From a virus, in IMG/VR virus record IMGVR_UViG_3300028844_005363, positions 10,758 to 74,757 of that record: DNA of 64,000 nt; one strand, given 5' to 3'. Shown piece after piece: positions 30,429 to 39,294 of this stretch; position 1 is the first letter of the stretch; each line of letters begins with the position of its first letter. The notes below the pieces were generated by a model. It was given only the letters and a program-made list of their open reading frames with translations, had not been told where the DNA came from and searched no databases. A program made the translations under genes and the position numbers.

Positions 30429-31676
30429 TTACAAAGTACCCCACAACCAAGTGCCGTCACTTTGCCCTATTTGTATCTCACCTTCTTTTGGTACGTTTCC
30501 TTGTGCATCAATAGATAAAGGTGTCATTGCATAAGGTAAAGATACAGGTAAACCTTCATTTACTTGTACTTGTGTTTTGTAAACCAAAGGCGTTACTAAG
30601 TACTCTATAACAGGTACTTTGCCACTAGCGTCCCAATCATCACCAGTATTTGAAAATGAGTAACCCATCTTAGTTGCACCTAATGGAACGGTTACAGATC
30701 TAAAAGCCCCATCAGCGCCGTCATGATACGAAGCAAAACCAGAAGAGATAAAATTGTTATCGTCATCAGCAAAGTAATAACTTGAGTTATCCCCGCCAGT
30801 ATCTAACTTGATCACAAAATTTGGCTCAACATCAATTAGCGTTGTGGCTCGTCTATCAGCCTTGCTTGAGTCAAAGCGCAGTATAGGAGTTTCTGTAGTA
30901 CCGCCCTTATACCAGTTACCATTTTGTACTGTAAAAGGTAAAGAACCCGTAGGTAACAAAATAGGTTGATCTTCCATAGTCATAGTCATGGCTGCTTTTA
31001 AAGGCAACACTTGACTAAAAATGTAATTAACTAAACGACGCAAACCATTAAAATTTGGGTGCGTAAAGTCAAGGTAGAAGTCATCATTAAGGTGCACATC
31101 TGTAGTAGCATACTTACCACTGACGTATACAGAATCAGCAAACTCAGCAGGAAGCGTTTTATACATAGCATCCATTTCATCATTAATATCTGTACCAGTC
31201 TCATTAGGTGATACAAAGATTATTAGTGTGTCTGGCTTTGCTGTTAAGTATGTCGTAAGTCCTGCAATAATATCAGCCTTAACTTCTGCAACTGTTCTAC
31301 TAGATTTATTAATACCTAAAGACATTTCAAGAATAGTTGTACTTCCTGTGCCTGGGGTATTATCTATAGCTTCTTGTACTGTAGAGTTACCAGTATTACT
31401 TGCCCACCATAAAGCTGTTTGTCCGCCGCTAGCATTGTTATATGGTTCAAAGTTTATCTTCGCTAATTGTGGTTCGTAGTAGATAGTTGAATCTAGCTCA
31501 CCACTACTACGAGTACTATCTCCTGTAACGATGTAAGTGTACTTTTCATCGGCAGCTAAAGCTTCAGTAAAGCGTTGTTTGATTGGCGTGTTATCTTGCG
31601 CAATAAGCGCATTGATATTCTCTTTAATAAGTTCGGTAGTGTAGTTCACACCACAAACCATATTTACTAGATACAT
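30429..31676 (-). CDS. SGNH/GDSL esterase protein, paralog of the 25211-27238 C-terminal region
   Basis: GDST, YYEPQLAKINF, TPGTGSTTILEMSLGIN, LDFTHPN shared with the tail fibre. Confidence 0.85.
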   Translation of the reverse strand: MYLVNMVCGVNYTTELIKENINALIAQDNTPIKQRFTEALAADEKYTYIVTGDSTRSSGELDSTIYYEPQLAKINFEPYNNASGGQTALWWASNTGNSTVQEAIDNTPGTGSTTILEMSLGINKSSRTVAEVKADIIAGLTTYLTAKPDTLIIFVSPNETGTDINDEMDAMYKTLPAEFADSVYVSGKYATTDVHLNDDFYLDFTHPNFNGLRRLVNYIFSQVLPLKAAMTMTMEDQPILLPTGSLPFTVQNGNWYKGGTTETPILRFDSSKADRRATTLIDVEPNFVIKLDTGGDNSSYYFADDDNNFISSGFASYHDGADGAFRSVTVPLGATKMGYSFSNTGDDWDASGKVPVIEYLVTPLVYKTQVQVNEGLPVSLPYAMTPLSIDAQGNVPKEGEIQIGQSDGTWLWGTL

Positions 31677-31832
31677 AGTATTAAGTCCTCGTTGCACTGT
31701 ATTAATTTATCACTACAGCTAACTAGTTTTGTGACAGAATCGTACCACTTAAATTCTGTAGTTTTATTTACAATTAGTGATGCCAGTAAGTTTACCTTAA
31801 TGGGTTTACTAATTAAATTACGAGAAATCATA

Positions 31833-32093
31833 TTAACCGCCGTAGCTTTGCACTATTAGATTGGTAACATTAGTAGCAACTAACACAGGGAAGTTGCCTT
31901 GCCCATGCACTAAAGATAACGTACTAGGTACTGTTATAGCACCTTCGGGAATATCAACATATTGACCGTTAGAGTCTGAGAAAGCTAACTTTGCAGAACC
32001 CGCACCCAAGTCGCCAGAGAATACGAATACTGTAGTGGTTTGATTGTGGTTCGCTACTACAGTGTTAGTAGTACCGGTGATTACTTTTTTCAT
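31833..32093 (-). CDS. Small beta-rich hypothetical protein
   Basis: 86-aa ORF with AGGA RBS. Confidence 0.65.
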   Translation of the reverse strand: MKKVITGTTNTVVANHNQTTTVFVFSGDLGAGSAKLAFSDSNGQYVDIPEGAITVPSTLSLVHGQGNFPVLVATNVTNLIVQSYGG

Positions 32094-32155
32094 TGTCTAT
32101 CCTAATGGTTAAAAACAGGACTGATATTAACAGACCTGTTTTTAACAAGGTAGAA

Positions 32156-32644
32156 CTACTTAACCAGTACCCAATCCTCTGCTAGTAAATCTGACTGTGA
32201 CGCGACCCAAGGTACAACATCACCATCCACAGATTTTATTGCTATGTAGGCACGATAAGAAACATATGGTCCAAACGCAGCTTTAGCCACTTCTGTTTGT
32301 GCAGGGTAAATATTTTCAGGTACGTAGTACAGAAACATACCTTTACCATTCCAGCCCTTACGAGCAACCTTGTGACCTTCTTTAAGCAACACAATAGCAT
32401 CACCCATAGAAACGCCATACTCAACACCACGATACGCATTATGGAACACTTCACTAGGCGACCATGAGATATAACCTTTATGGTTTGGGTGATTACTTTC
32501 ACCGCCATCAACATACTCAACTAAGTAACCTGCATCATCAGTCTCATCTTCTGGCATAACCCAACCACGATAATCATTATATTGTTGGCGAGTCATTGCA
32601 GTACATAGTACTTGTTTGGTTCCAATACACAGCTCATTATTCAT
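32156..32644 (-). CDS. Two-domain protein with C-terminal DUF2829 (Tad2-like sponge) domain
   Basis: MGDAIVLLKEGHKVARKGWNGKGMF...VPWVASQSDLLAEDW; N-domain IGTK...GYLVEY...SWSP..VF..AY. Confidence 0.85.
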   Translation of the reverse strand: MNNELCIGTKQVLCTAMTRQQYNDYRGWVMPEDETDDAGYLVEYVDGGESNHPNHKGYISWSPSEVFHNAYRGVEYGVSMGDAIVLLKEGHKVARKGWNGKGMFLYYVPENIYPAQTEVAKAAFGPYVSYRAYIAIKSVDGDVVPWVASQSDLLAEDWVLVK

Positions 32645-32648
32645 GTGA

Positions 32649-33188
32649 CTATTCCCCTTCTTCTATTTTTTTAATGCGAGTAGTTAGAATACTTTCGTAG
32701 TCTTTCATTATGTCAAACTGGTTACTTAAATCATTTTGTGATTCTAAAGTTAAACCCTTGAACATAGGTGTATAAAAGAAATCACCTAATGCTTTAACTT
32801 TCACAGACAACTCAGCTAGTTCAATACGCATGCGCTCAATAAAAGTAGTCTCAACTTTTGGGGCTGCTAAAGTCTTAGCTAGGTGGTAGCCTTCAAGCTC
32901 CCATAACTTTTCGCGTGATTCTTTTACGCACTTTTCAGTACAGTATTTAACACCAAGCTCAGCATTGAAATTACGTTTATCTACACAAGCCATCTCAGAA
33001 ACAGCTAATGTGAAGTCAACAGCTCCCATTGGTAACACGCCCACAACAAGAGTAGTAGTCGTACCTTCTACAAGTGATGGTTTATAAATCACTTGCTCCA
33101 TCAGCTCAGCTATATATTCAGGCAATACTTTAGGAAATATTGCACCATTGTCTTCAAAGTCTTTACACATATCTTTATCGTCAGTCAT
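32649..33188 (-). CDS. Two-domain protein: N4 gp49/Sf6 gp66-family domain plus helical C-terminal domain
   Basis: ACVDKRNFNAELG...KLWELEGY; C-domain FIERMRIELAEL..K..AL..F...M..Y..IL..RI. Confidence 0.8.
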   Translation of the reverse strand: MTDDKDMCKDFEDNGAIFPKVLPEYIAELMEQVIYKPSLVEGTTTTLVVGVLPMGAVDFTLAVSEMACVDKRNFNAELGVKYCTEKCVKESREKLWELEGYHLAKTLAAPKVETTFIERMRIELAELSVKVKALGDFFYTPMFKGLTLESQNDLSNQFDIMKDYESILTTRIKKIEEGE

Positions 33189-33553
33189 TACTTTCCCTCA
33201 ACATTAAAAATTCTACCATCTATAAATCTATGGGTTGATTCTGCTTCCCACATCTCTTTAACTTTATCAGCCTTACAACTACTATGACCGATATAAATTA
33301 CATACTGTCTAGGTCTTAATTGATCAACTAATATCAAACCTAACTTAGTAAGTTCACGCTTACGTTTAGCTAAAGTATTTTTGGTAATACCTAAACCAAG
33401 CATAATATAACTATCATTAAAGTCAGCACCATTACGTAGCCCCGACAAGTAACCATAAAGCCTATAAGCGCCATCACTTAAAGAACTATCAATAGCTAAA
33501 GACTTGTCCATCTTTACCCAATTCTCTTTAGGGAATATATGCCTAACTATCAC
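33188..33553 (-). CDS. Winged HTH protein, replication-initiator N-terminal-like
   Basis: LSDGAYRLYGYL...LGITKNTLAKRKRELTKLGLI. Confidence 0.7.
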   Translation of the reverse strand: MIVRHIFPKENWVKMDKSLAIDSSLSDGAYRLYGYLSGLRNGADFNDSYIMLGLGITKNTLAKRKRELTKLGLILVDQLRPRQYVIYIGHSSCKADKVKEMWEAESTHRFIDGRIFNVEGK

Positions 33554-33780
33554 AAAGTAACTCCTGCCTTGATAGCATGATGCCCAACCATGTAAACCAA
33601 TTCTACATAAGCTTCAACAAACGTAGTTTCTTCCTCACCATAAGGGTCTTCTCTACGAGGATAAGCAACACCAGTATCTGAAACTACATGCCCTACCTTT
33701 TCATAAACTTCTTTAGCGGGTGATTTAGATATGGCTGACAAGTAAGCTTCTTTAGCCTTAGCTTCTCTAGTTAAACACAT
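33550..33780 (-). CDS. Hypothetical protein
   Basis: ORF overlapping the next gene start. Confidence 0.55.
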   Translation of the reverse strand: MCLTREAKAKEAYLSAISKSPAKEVYEKVGHVVSDTGVAYPRREDPYGEEETTFVEAYVELVYMVGHHAIKAGVTL

Positions 33781-34250
33781 AACAATCTCTTCTGACTTAA
33801 TTGGTTCTACACACTAGCAGTATTGACATAATCAATCAATATAACCAACTACTGTTAATTTATACAGTGGGTATCTTTTATTGGGTAGCGTACAAGGTAT
33901 CTTTATTTGGGGGTACTATACAAGAATACGTTCGTTCGCTTCGCTCTCTCTCTGAATGGCTCCGCAAACTTTAAAGATAGTAGCGGGATTTTTCAAAAAT
34001 TTTTTGTGAGAAAAGTTGGGGGGAATTTTCTAATCTGGGTATCAAGGTAGTACTGTGTGTATTTACTCCAAAAGCTGAGACTACCCCCCCTACCTAATTA
34101 CTTCTGTGGTTCGCAGACTACCTACCCACCTTCTTGCTTCTACTATCACCACGCTCATACTCTCAACTCCTCAGGCATGTTGACCTCATACATATTCTCA
34201 GCAGTGCTACGCACCAGTGATGAACAATACCGTTCAATCAATCATAGGAT
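33781..34250. other. Divergent non-coding junction, probable genome ends/terminal repeat region
   Basis: Right-end genes point left and early genes with vRNAP promoters point right, as in a circularised N4-like genome. Confidence 0.6.
34204..34214 (+). promoter_or_regulatory. vRNAP early hairpin promoter (class A)
   Basis: GTGC-TAC-GCAC; template C-GTA-G triloop. Confidence 0.8.
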
Positions 34251-34538
34251 ATGACAATGAAAATCTTTAAAGCTATCGGTACAGTAGTAGACGCAATGAC
34301 ATCAGCAGCAGTAAAAGGCTGTAAAACTGTAGAGAATGTATTTAGTTATACTGAATCAGTAAGTGGTTCTATGCTACTAGAACAACAGTTAGATGCTCAT
34401 AAAGCTAACCAACTAATCATGCAGGATATGGCAGACCAAGGCATAGATATTAGTGAGTTCAGCACTACTATCAAACCTAAGGCAAAGGCTCAAACCAAAG
34501 AGCCTAAACCTAAAGCCAAGTCTAAAGGTAAGGCATAA
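34251..34538 (+). CDS. First early protein (N4 gp1 position)
   Basis: First ORF after the promoter; amphipathic N-terminus, Lys-rich tail. Confidence 0.6.
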   Translation: MTMKIFKAIGTVVDAMTSAAVKGCKTVENVFSYTESVSGSMLLEQQLDAHKANQLIMQDMADQGIDISEFSTTIKPKAKAQTKEPKPKAKSKGKA

Positions 34539-34545
34539 CATCAAC

Positions 34546-34563
34546 GCTAGTCTTCGGACTAGC
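34546..34563 (+). other. Stable UUCG hairpin (terminator or processing site)
   Basis: GCTAGTC-TTCG-GACTAGC, no U tract. Confidence 0.55.
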
Positions 34564-34591
34564 AACCCTCATTATCAATAAGGACATAACC

Positions 34592-34843
34592 ATGTTTACT
34601 CTAATCAAACTAACATTCAAACTACTCTTTATCTCTTTAACCAAACAGAATAAAGAAGCCATCACAGCAATCCAAACAGAGGTAGCCATAGCTTACCTCA
34701 AGCGTGAAACTAGACCACTAGACCAGTTAGGTGTAGAAGAGCTACGTTACCTACGTACTCAAGTACAACGTGGTGCACCAGCATCAAGCAACAAGACAAA
34801 CCAACTTCATCGTATAGATTATCGTATAGCTAATCTGTCGTAA
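34592..34843 (+). CDS. Hypothetical early protein
   Basis: AAGGA RBS, 83 aa. Confidence 0.7.
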   Translation: MFTLIKLTFKLLFISLTKQNKEAITAIQTEVAIAYLKRETRPLDQLGVEELRYLRTQVQRGAPASSNKTNQLHRIDYRIANLS

Positions 34844-35185
34844 CAAATTCCCTAGTCACTAGTAATAGTGATTAGGGATTAAAACCTAAGCCACTTAGCC
34901 CACACAACACAACACCATTAGAGATAGGGAGATAGGGAAATTCCTCCTAATATTAATATCTAAATAGTTCCATCACAAGCTCCTCTAAGCCATCCTAAGC
35001 ACACATAGAATTAAGCCATGCCATTGTATTCCTATAGGGGAGAAATGCTCTGAGGATTGACTAGGGTAGTAATAATAGTCTCCACTCCATCCCAATATCT
35101 ACTCACTCCATTAAACTATATCTACCCTATAAACCAACAAATAAATACAGGGATTTTAATTGGTAAGAAATAGTTAACTTTAAGA

Positions 35186-35196
35186 GTGCTTCGCAC
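35186..35196 (+). promoter_or_regulatory. vRNAP early hairpin promoter (class A)
   Basis: GTGC-TTC-GCAC; template GCGAAGC mini-hairpin. Confidence 0.8.
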
Positions 35197-35233
35197 AAGA
35201 GGTGAAATTCATTTAATTAAAAGGAATACAAAT

Positions 35234-35575
35234 ATGACAGTTGTACCAGAGACTTTAGTTATCGCCTTTACTCATAAAAGTGTGTGTTTAGGTATATGTG
35301 CTGTGTTACAGGATGCATATCTTAAAGGTGACATATCATCAAATACTGAGTCTTTATTAAAAGCCAGAATGTATAGCTTCTTAATAGATAAAGGTTGGTA
35401 CTCAGGACTACCTTTGTATCCTATATCTGATGTGCCTAGTAGCGGTTTAAGTGCCTTACATGCATTCCATAGCAACGATAACTTATGGAATATAAACACT
35501 CCATATGGTCGTAGAAGAATTCTTGTTTATAAAGAACTTTGTGAATACCTTGAACAACTAAATGCAGGTATCTAA
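35234..35575 (+). CDS. Early protein, paralog family 1
   Basis: GIC...YPI...NLWN..T.YGRRR. Confidence 0.75.
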   Translation: MTVVPETLVIAFTHKSVCLGICAVLQDAYLKGDISSNTESLLKARMYSFLIDKGWYSGLPLYPISDVPSSGLSALHAFHSNDNLWNINTPYGRRRILVYKELCEYLEQLNAGI

Positions 35576-35599
35576 TCCAACCCTTTGTGTAATCAAACA

Positions 35600-35610
35600 G
35601 TGCTGCGCAC
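35600..35610 (+). promoter_or_regulatory. vRNAP early hairpin promoter (class A)
   Basis: GTGC-TGC-GCAC. Confidence 0.75.
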
Positions 35611-35655
35611 TTAGCGTGGTATTTGTTTGACACTATTTTTATTAAGGAATAAACC

Positions 35656-35910
35656 ATGAATATAAATTCACTTAATCAGATGATTAAAGTTATTACTAAC
35701 AGACCTGTAATTATAGAAGTTAGTGATGCTAATGGAACTGTGTATCGTCTAGTAAGTAAAGTTACTAATTATGACCCAATTACTAAAGAGAGTGTGCCTT
35801 GTATTCTTTTACAAGAAGGTACAAATGGTAAGTATTTAGAGGGTGAAGGGTACATAGCTGTTAGCTATGAATACTTGTTTTTATACAGTGAAGTTGATGC
35901 ATTAGCTTAA
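35656..35910 (+). CDS. Hypothetical early protein
   Basis: AAGGA RBS. Confidence 0.7.
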   Translation: MNINSLNQMIKVITNRPVIIEVSDANGTVYRLVSKVTNYDPITKESVPCILLQEGTNGKYLEGEGYIAVSYEYLFLYSEVDALA

Positions 35911-36013
35911 AGGGAAAGTTATGGAATTTAATAGTGATTTATATAAGCAAGCAATGGCAACTTACGTTGTGAAGTCTATGAGCATCTTAATGATTATTTA
36001 ATGGAGTTACGTA

Positions 36014-36376
36014 ATGCTGAGTAAAGAAATAAAAGCAGATATAGCCGAACGGTTTGTAGATGTACCTTTAAATAAAGATTGTGGTATTTGTCACCATATA
36101 GGTGAAGTACATCAGGACGATGATGAGTACGTGTATTTGCATACTCATTTACGCAATGCCATTAAGCAATCAGGTTACGGATACGATGAACCATCATGCG
36201 ATACATTCCCCATTAAACCTTGGGATGGTGCTGGTGGTGATGATGGGCATACAGCCTATATCACCGCTGTTAATAGTAACAATTTATGGAACCGTACTAC
36301 TGAATATGGGCGTAGAAGACATGCCGTGTATAACATTATGTTAGATAACTTACGTGAAGACGTGAGCCAGTCTTAG
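36014..36376 (+). CDS. Early protein, paralog family 1
   Basis: GIC...FPI...NLWNRTTEYGRRR. Confidence 0.75.
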   Translation: MLSKEIKADIAERFVDVPLNKDCGICHHIGEVHQDDDEYVYLHTHLRNAIKQSGYGYDEPSCDTFPIKPWDGAGGDDGHTAYITAVNSNNLWNRTTEYGRRRHAVYNIMLDNLREDVSQS

Positions 36377-36378
36377 CA

Positions 36379-36389
36379 GTGCTTCGCAC
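36379..36389 (+). promoter_or_regulatory. vRNAP early hairpin promoter (class A)
   Basis: GTGC-TTC-GCAC. Confidence 0.8.
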
Positions 36390-36421
36390 GGGTTATAGTA
36401 TTTAACTTTAAGGAAATATTT

Positions 36422-36784
36422 ATGAAGATTCAAGAATTGTTAAACCTGTATAAATCTAACTGTAACACTATCGAAAATGGTGTTGCTGCTTTAGGCAATG
36501 CACAGGTAGCAATAGTCAGTAAGATTTATGACTTGACTGAACAAACCAAAGCATCGGTTTTACTCACTCTTGAGCAAACCAATCTGCTTACTGAGGTTGA
36601 TGCTATTCGTGACCTTAGTGATGATGATTTCTTATTACTACAGGATTTAGTAATGGAAAGTGATGAAGCATCTCGTTGGCATAACAGCAATGTAGATGTC
36701 ATCGTAGATGTGTATTCCACTTGGCATCCTTGTGATGTATGTAGTGGTGCTTACACATTCGATGAACCTTGTGTGTTTCATTAA
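36422..36784 (+). CDS. Hypothetical protein with C-terminal CxxC...CxxH zinc-binding motif
   Basis: CDVC...CVFH. Confidence 0.7.
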   Translation: MKIQELLNLYKSNCNTIENGVAALGNAQVAIVSKIYDLTEQTKASVLLTLEQTNLLTEVDAIRDLSDDDFLLLQDLVMESDEASRWHNSNVDVIVDVYSTWHPCDVCSGAYTFDEPCVFH

Positions 36785-36981
36785 TGAGTAAGGTAAGTTC
36801 ATTAATTACGGCACTATCTACAACGATAGTGCTGCTCCTCATTCTTAGTGTTACACCACTAGAATTATATAGTAGTCAGCCAATCAAGTTAGCTAAATAC
36901 TTCTTGGTTGCTTACTCAATTACAACAGTCTATTACATGATAGCTGTGTTCATTGAAAAGGTTACACCTCATGAAAAATAA
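36784..36981 (+). CDS. Small two-TM membrane protein
   Basis: Two hydrophobic segments; TAATG coupling. Confidence 0.6.
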   Translation: MSKVSSLITALSTTIVLLLILSVTPLELYSSQPIKLAKYFLVAYSITTVYYMIAVFIEKVTPHEK

Positions 36982-37381
36982 ATATGAGCGCATGGCGTAT
37001 GAATTAGAACACAACTTAGATACTCGTAATTCGTTGTGTTCTAACATGTCTAAGATTTGCAACCAGTATAACTTAGGTGATAAAGCAGTGTTTACAGACT
37101 TAGCAAAAGAGGAAGCAGGTAAGTTATTACTGCTCTCACTTGATTCATTATTCTTTATCAAGTCACCCGGTGAGCATCCTGCAGATGCATTTATGAAGTC
37201 GTATAAGGCACGTGATTTCTATGACTTGTCTTTAGAGTCATGCAGGAATAGACATAAGGTTACGCAGTCTTTAATACTTACTTTGTATAAGAAGTCAGAT
37301 GAGTATGTGCGTACTATCTCAACCATCAAAACAGTCGGTTTAGTTGGTCTGTTAATGATAACAGCAATATTTGTAATTTAA
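36971..37381 (+). CDS. Early protein, paralog family 1, C-terminal TM
   Basis: MKNKYE...NLD...LC; C-terminal hydrophobic anchor. Confidence 0.75.
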   Translation: MKNKYERMAYELEHNLDTRNSLCSNMSKICNQYNLGDKAVFTDLAKEEAGKLLLLSLDSLFFIKSPGEHPADAFMKSYKARDFYDLSLESCRNRHKVTQSLILTLYKKSDEYVRTISTIKTVGLVGLLMITAIFVI

Positions 37382-37390
37382 GGAACACCA

Positions 37391-37798
37391 ATGAAAAATA
37401 AATACGAAGCACTAGCAAACCATCTAGCAAATAACTTAGATAATAAAGTAGGTATTTGTCAAAATATCCATAAACATACTAGTGATGTTGAGTTACACAA
37501 TAGATTTAAACTTTCAGCTCAGCTTGTAGGTAAACCACACTTCTCAGGTGATTATGCATATCCAGTTGCTTCACCTGATGGTGAACACAGGGTAGCGTTT
37601 TATACAACACTATGTAAGGAAGAAGGTATGTATAGTAATGAAGATAGCTATGGTATTAGTCGTAATATTATACTTAATAAATTCATTACAGATTTACTTG
37701 TTACCTCTGTTGATTATGAAGCAAGAAAATTCAGAAAACGTATTGTATTAGGACTAACCGCAATTGTGGTAGCCACAGTAATCTCATATTTAATTTAG
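37391..37798 (+). CDS. Early protein, paralog family 1, C-terminal TM
   Basis: MKNKYE...NLD..GIC...YPV..P.GEH...SYGISR; C-terminal TM. Confidence 0.75.
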   Translation: MKNKYEALANHLANNLDNKVGICQNIHKHTSDVELHNRFKLSAQLVGKPHFSGDYAYPVASPDGEHRVAFYTTLCKEEGMYSNEDSYGISRNIILNKFITDLLVTSVDYEARKFRKRIVLGLTAIVVATVISYLI

Positions 37799-37806
37799 GG
37801 ATATTT

Positions 37807-38070
37807 ATGGAACAGTTTATAGCACTATTGGTTAGCCTACATAACCAAGCAAAGAAGCAAGATTTACCGGTATATGCACAGAATCGTAATATTAAGAATC
37901 TTGTTCATTACATGTATATTCAGGGTGTTATCCCTATGGCTGTGCACAAGAAATGTATTGCTTACCTTAAACCATTTGATGAAGTCATTGAAGTTAATGA
38001 CCCTTGGGCATACCGTGAGTATGAAGCTAACCGTAAGCTTGCTTATGAACTACTAATCGTGGTGCATTGA
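37807..38070 (+). CDS. Hypothetical protein
   Basis: AGGGA RBS. Confidence 0.65.
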   Translation: MEQFIALLVSLHNQAKKQDLPVYAQNRNIKNLVHYMYIQGVIPMAVHKKCIAYLKPFDEVIEVNDPWAYREYEANRKLAYELLIVVH

Positions 38071-38071
38071 T

Positions 38072-38278
38072 ATGAGATATTCGTTACTACTATCAGCATT
38101 ATCATTAAGCCTGCGCTCAGTAAGCTCACCACCTACATTTGTAGAACCCTATGCTGCGATAAACGTTAAAGCTGCTCGTAATCATAGTGATGCACTAAAA
38201 CCTACTAAAGCAGGTACTTCTGCGGCTACACAAAAGCGTGCTAAAAAGAAGCGTAAGAACAAACGTAAGCGACGCTAA
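38072..38278 (+). CDS. Small basic protein
   Basis: QKRAKKKRKNKRKRR tail. Confidence 0.6.
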   Translation: MRYSLLLSALSLSLRSVSSPPTFVEPYAAINVKAARNHSDALKPTKAGTSAATQKRAKKKRKNKRKRR

Positions 38279-38360
38279 TCCTTTAATGCTGTAATGCCAT
38301 GACTTTACATAGTTATGCTTACAGCATCCCTTACACAAGCAATTTGAGGTGACTAAGTAA

Positions 38361-38645
38361 ATGACCCAAGCAATAAAGAATATTCTGCGCAGCAGAACAG
38401 TTGGTGAGTATGGCACTAATAAATTAGGTGACCTGATGAGAACTTTAGATACTCATTTTAAAGAACATATATTTATAGATATTGAGCATGATGAGTTTGT
38501 TAAAGATAACCCAGATGTGACTATTAAAGACTTATTAGTAGCAGCTACTTTACGTGGGCATCACGTAGTTCACTACGCTACCAAGTCTCGTATTTGGTTA
38601 ACTAAAGCCGTGTCTGAACTAGTCATGGATATGACAAGCATCTAA
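38361..38645 (+). CDS. Hypothetical protein
   Basis: GAGGTG RBS. Confidence 0.7.
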   Translation: MTQAIKNILRSRTVGEYGTNKLGDLMRTLDTHFKEHIFIDIEHDEFVKDNPDVTIKDLLVAATLRGHHVVHYATKSRIWLTKAVSELVMDMTSI

Positions 38646-38709
38646 TCATCATGAGGTGACTGCATTGCAAGCAAACGCAGTGCAGCGCCAGCAATAAGCA
38701 GGAACCGAA

Positions 38710-38919
38710 ATGAATAAACTCAAAACAGTATGTGGCTTACTAGTACCAGTGCTAATAACCCTAGTTTTAGGGTTCTTCGCGCTAGGCAGTACAGTAGCAA
38801 TGATTTATACAGGTGAAATTATACCTGTGTATATTCCATTAAATATATTGATGGCAATCGTCATATGGATGATTTGGCACTCATATATTCAACTTAAAAA
38901 ATCAACAGGAAGTAAGTAA
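38710..38919 (+). CDS. Two-TM membrane protein
   Basis: Two hydrophobic helices. Confidence 0.65.
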   Translation: MNKLKTVCGLLVPVLITLVLGFFALGSTVAMIYTGEIIPVYIPLNILMAIVIWMIWHSYIQLKKSTGSK

Positions 38920-39122
38920 TGAGAATAAAATCAGATATATGTCTAGGCATGATTGTAGGTGCACTAATGGTTATATTGTTAGGTGCTGTTGTGCAGACAG
39001 TTCAGCAACAAAATGAGTATGCTGAAGCAGCGGATGAGTGCGTACAAAAGTTAATTAGTGATGGTGTTCCTCGTAATAACATCATGACATTGAAAGGCAA
39101 ATGCTACTTGGGAGCAGAGTAA
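38919..39122 (+). CDS. Single-TM protein
   Basis: N-terminal TM, Cys pair. Confidence 0.65.
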   Translation: MRIKSDICLGMIVGALMVILLGAVVQTVQQQNEYAEAADECVQKLISDGVPRNNIMTLKGKCYLGAE

Positions 39123-39123
39123 T

Positions 39124-39294
39124 ATGTATACGATAGCAATTAAAAAACATAGTGATGGTTCAGTACTTAAAACAATCGGTAGTTCAGCAACACAACGTGG
39201 TCTTCAACGTACCGAGAATGGTGTGAACATTAATTTAAACCATGAGGAATACTACACTGAGATTGTAGATAAGGATGATATTGAAAGTGAATAA
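39124..39294 (+). CDS. Small hypothetical protein (56 aa, not in ORF track)
   Basis: MYTIAIKKHSDGSVLKTIG...GVNINLNHEEYYTEIVDKDDIESE; GGAG upstream. Confidence 0.6.
   Translation: MYTIAIKKHSDGSVLKTIGSSATQRGLQRTENGVNINLNHEEYYTEIVDKDDIESE

Noticed and set aside
34057-34254. 65-aa plus-strand ORF
   Set aside because: No RBS, GTG start, spans the first promoter within the presumed terminal region.
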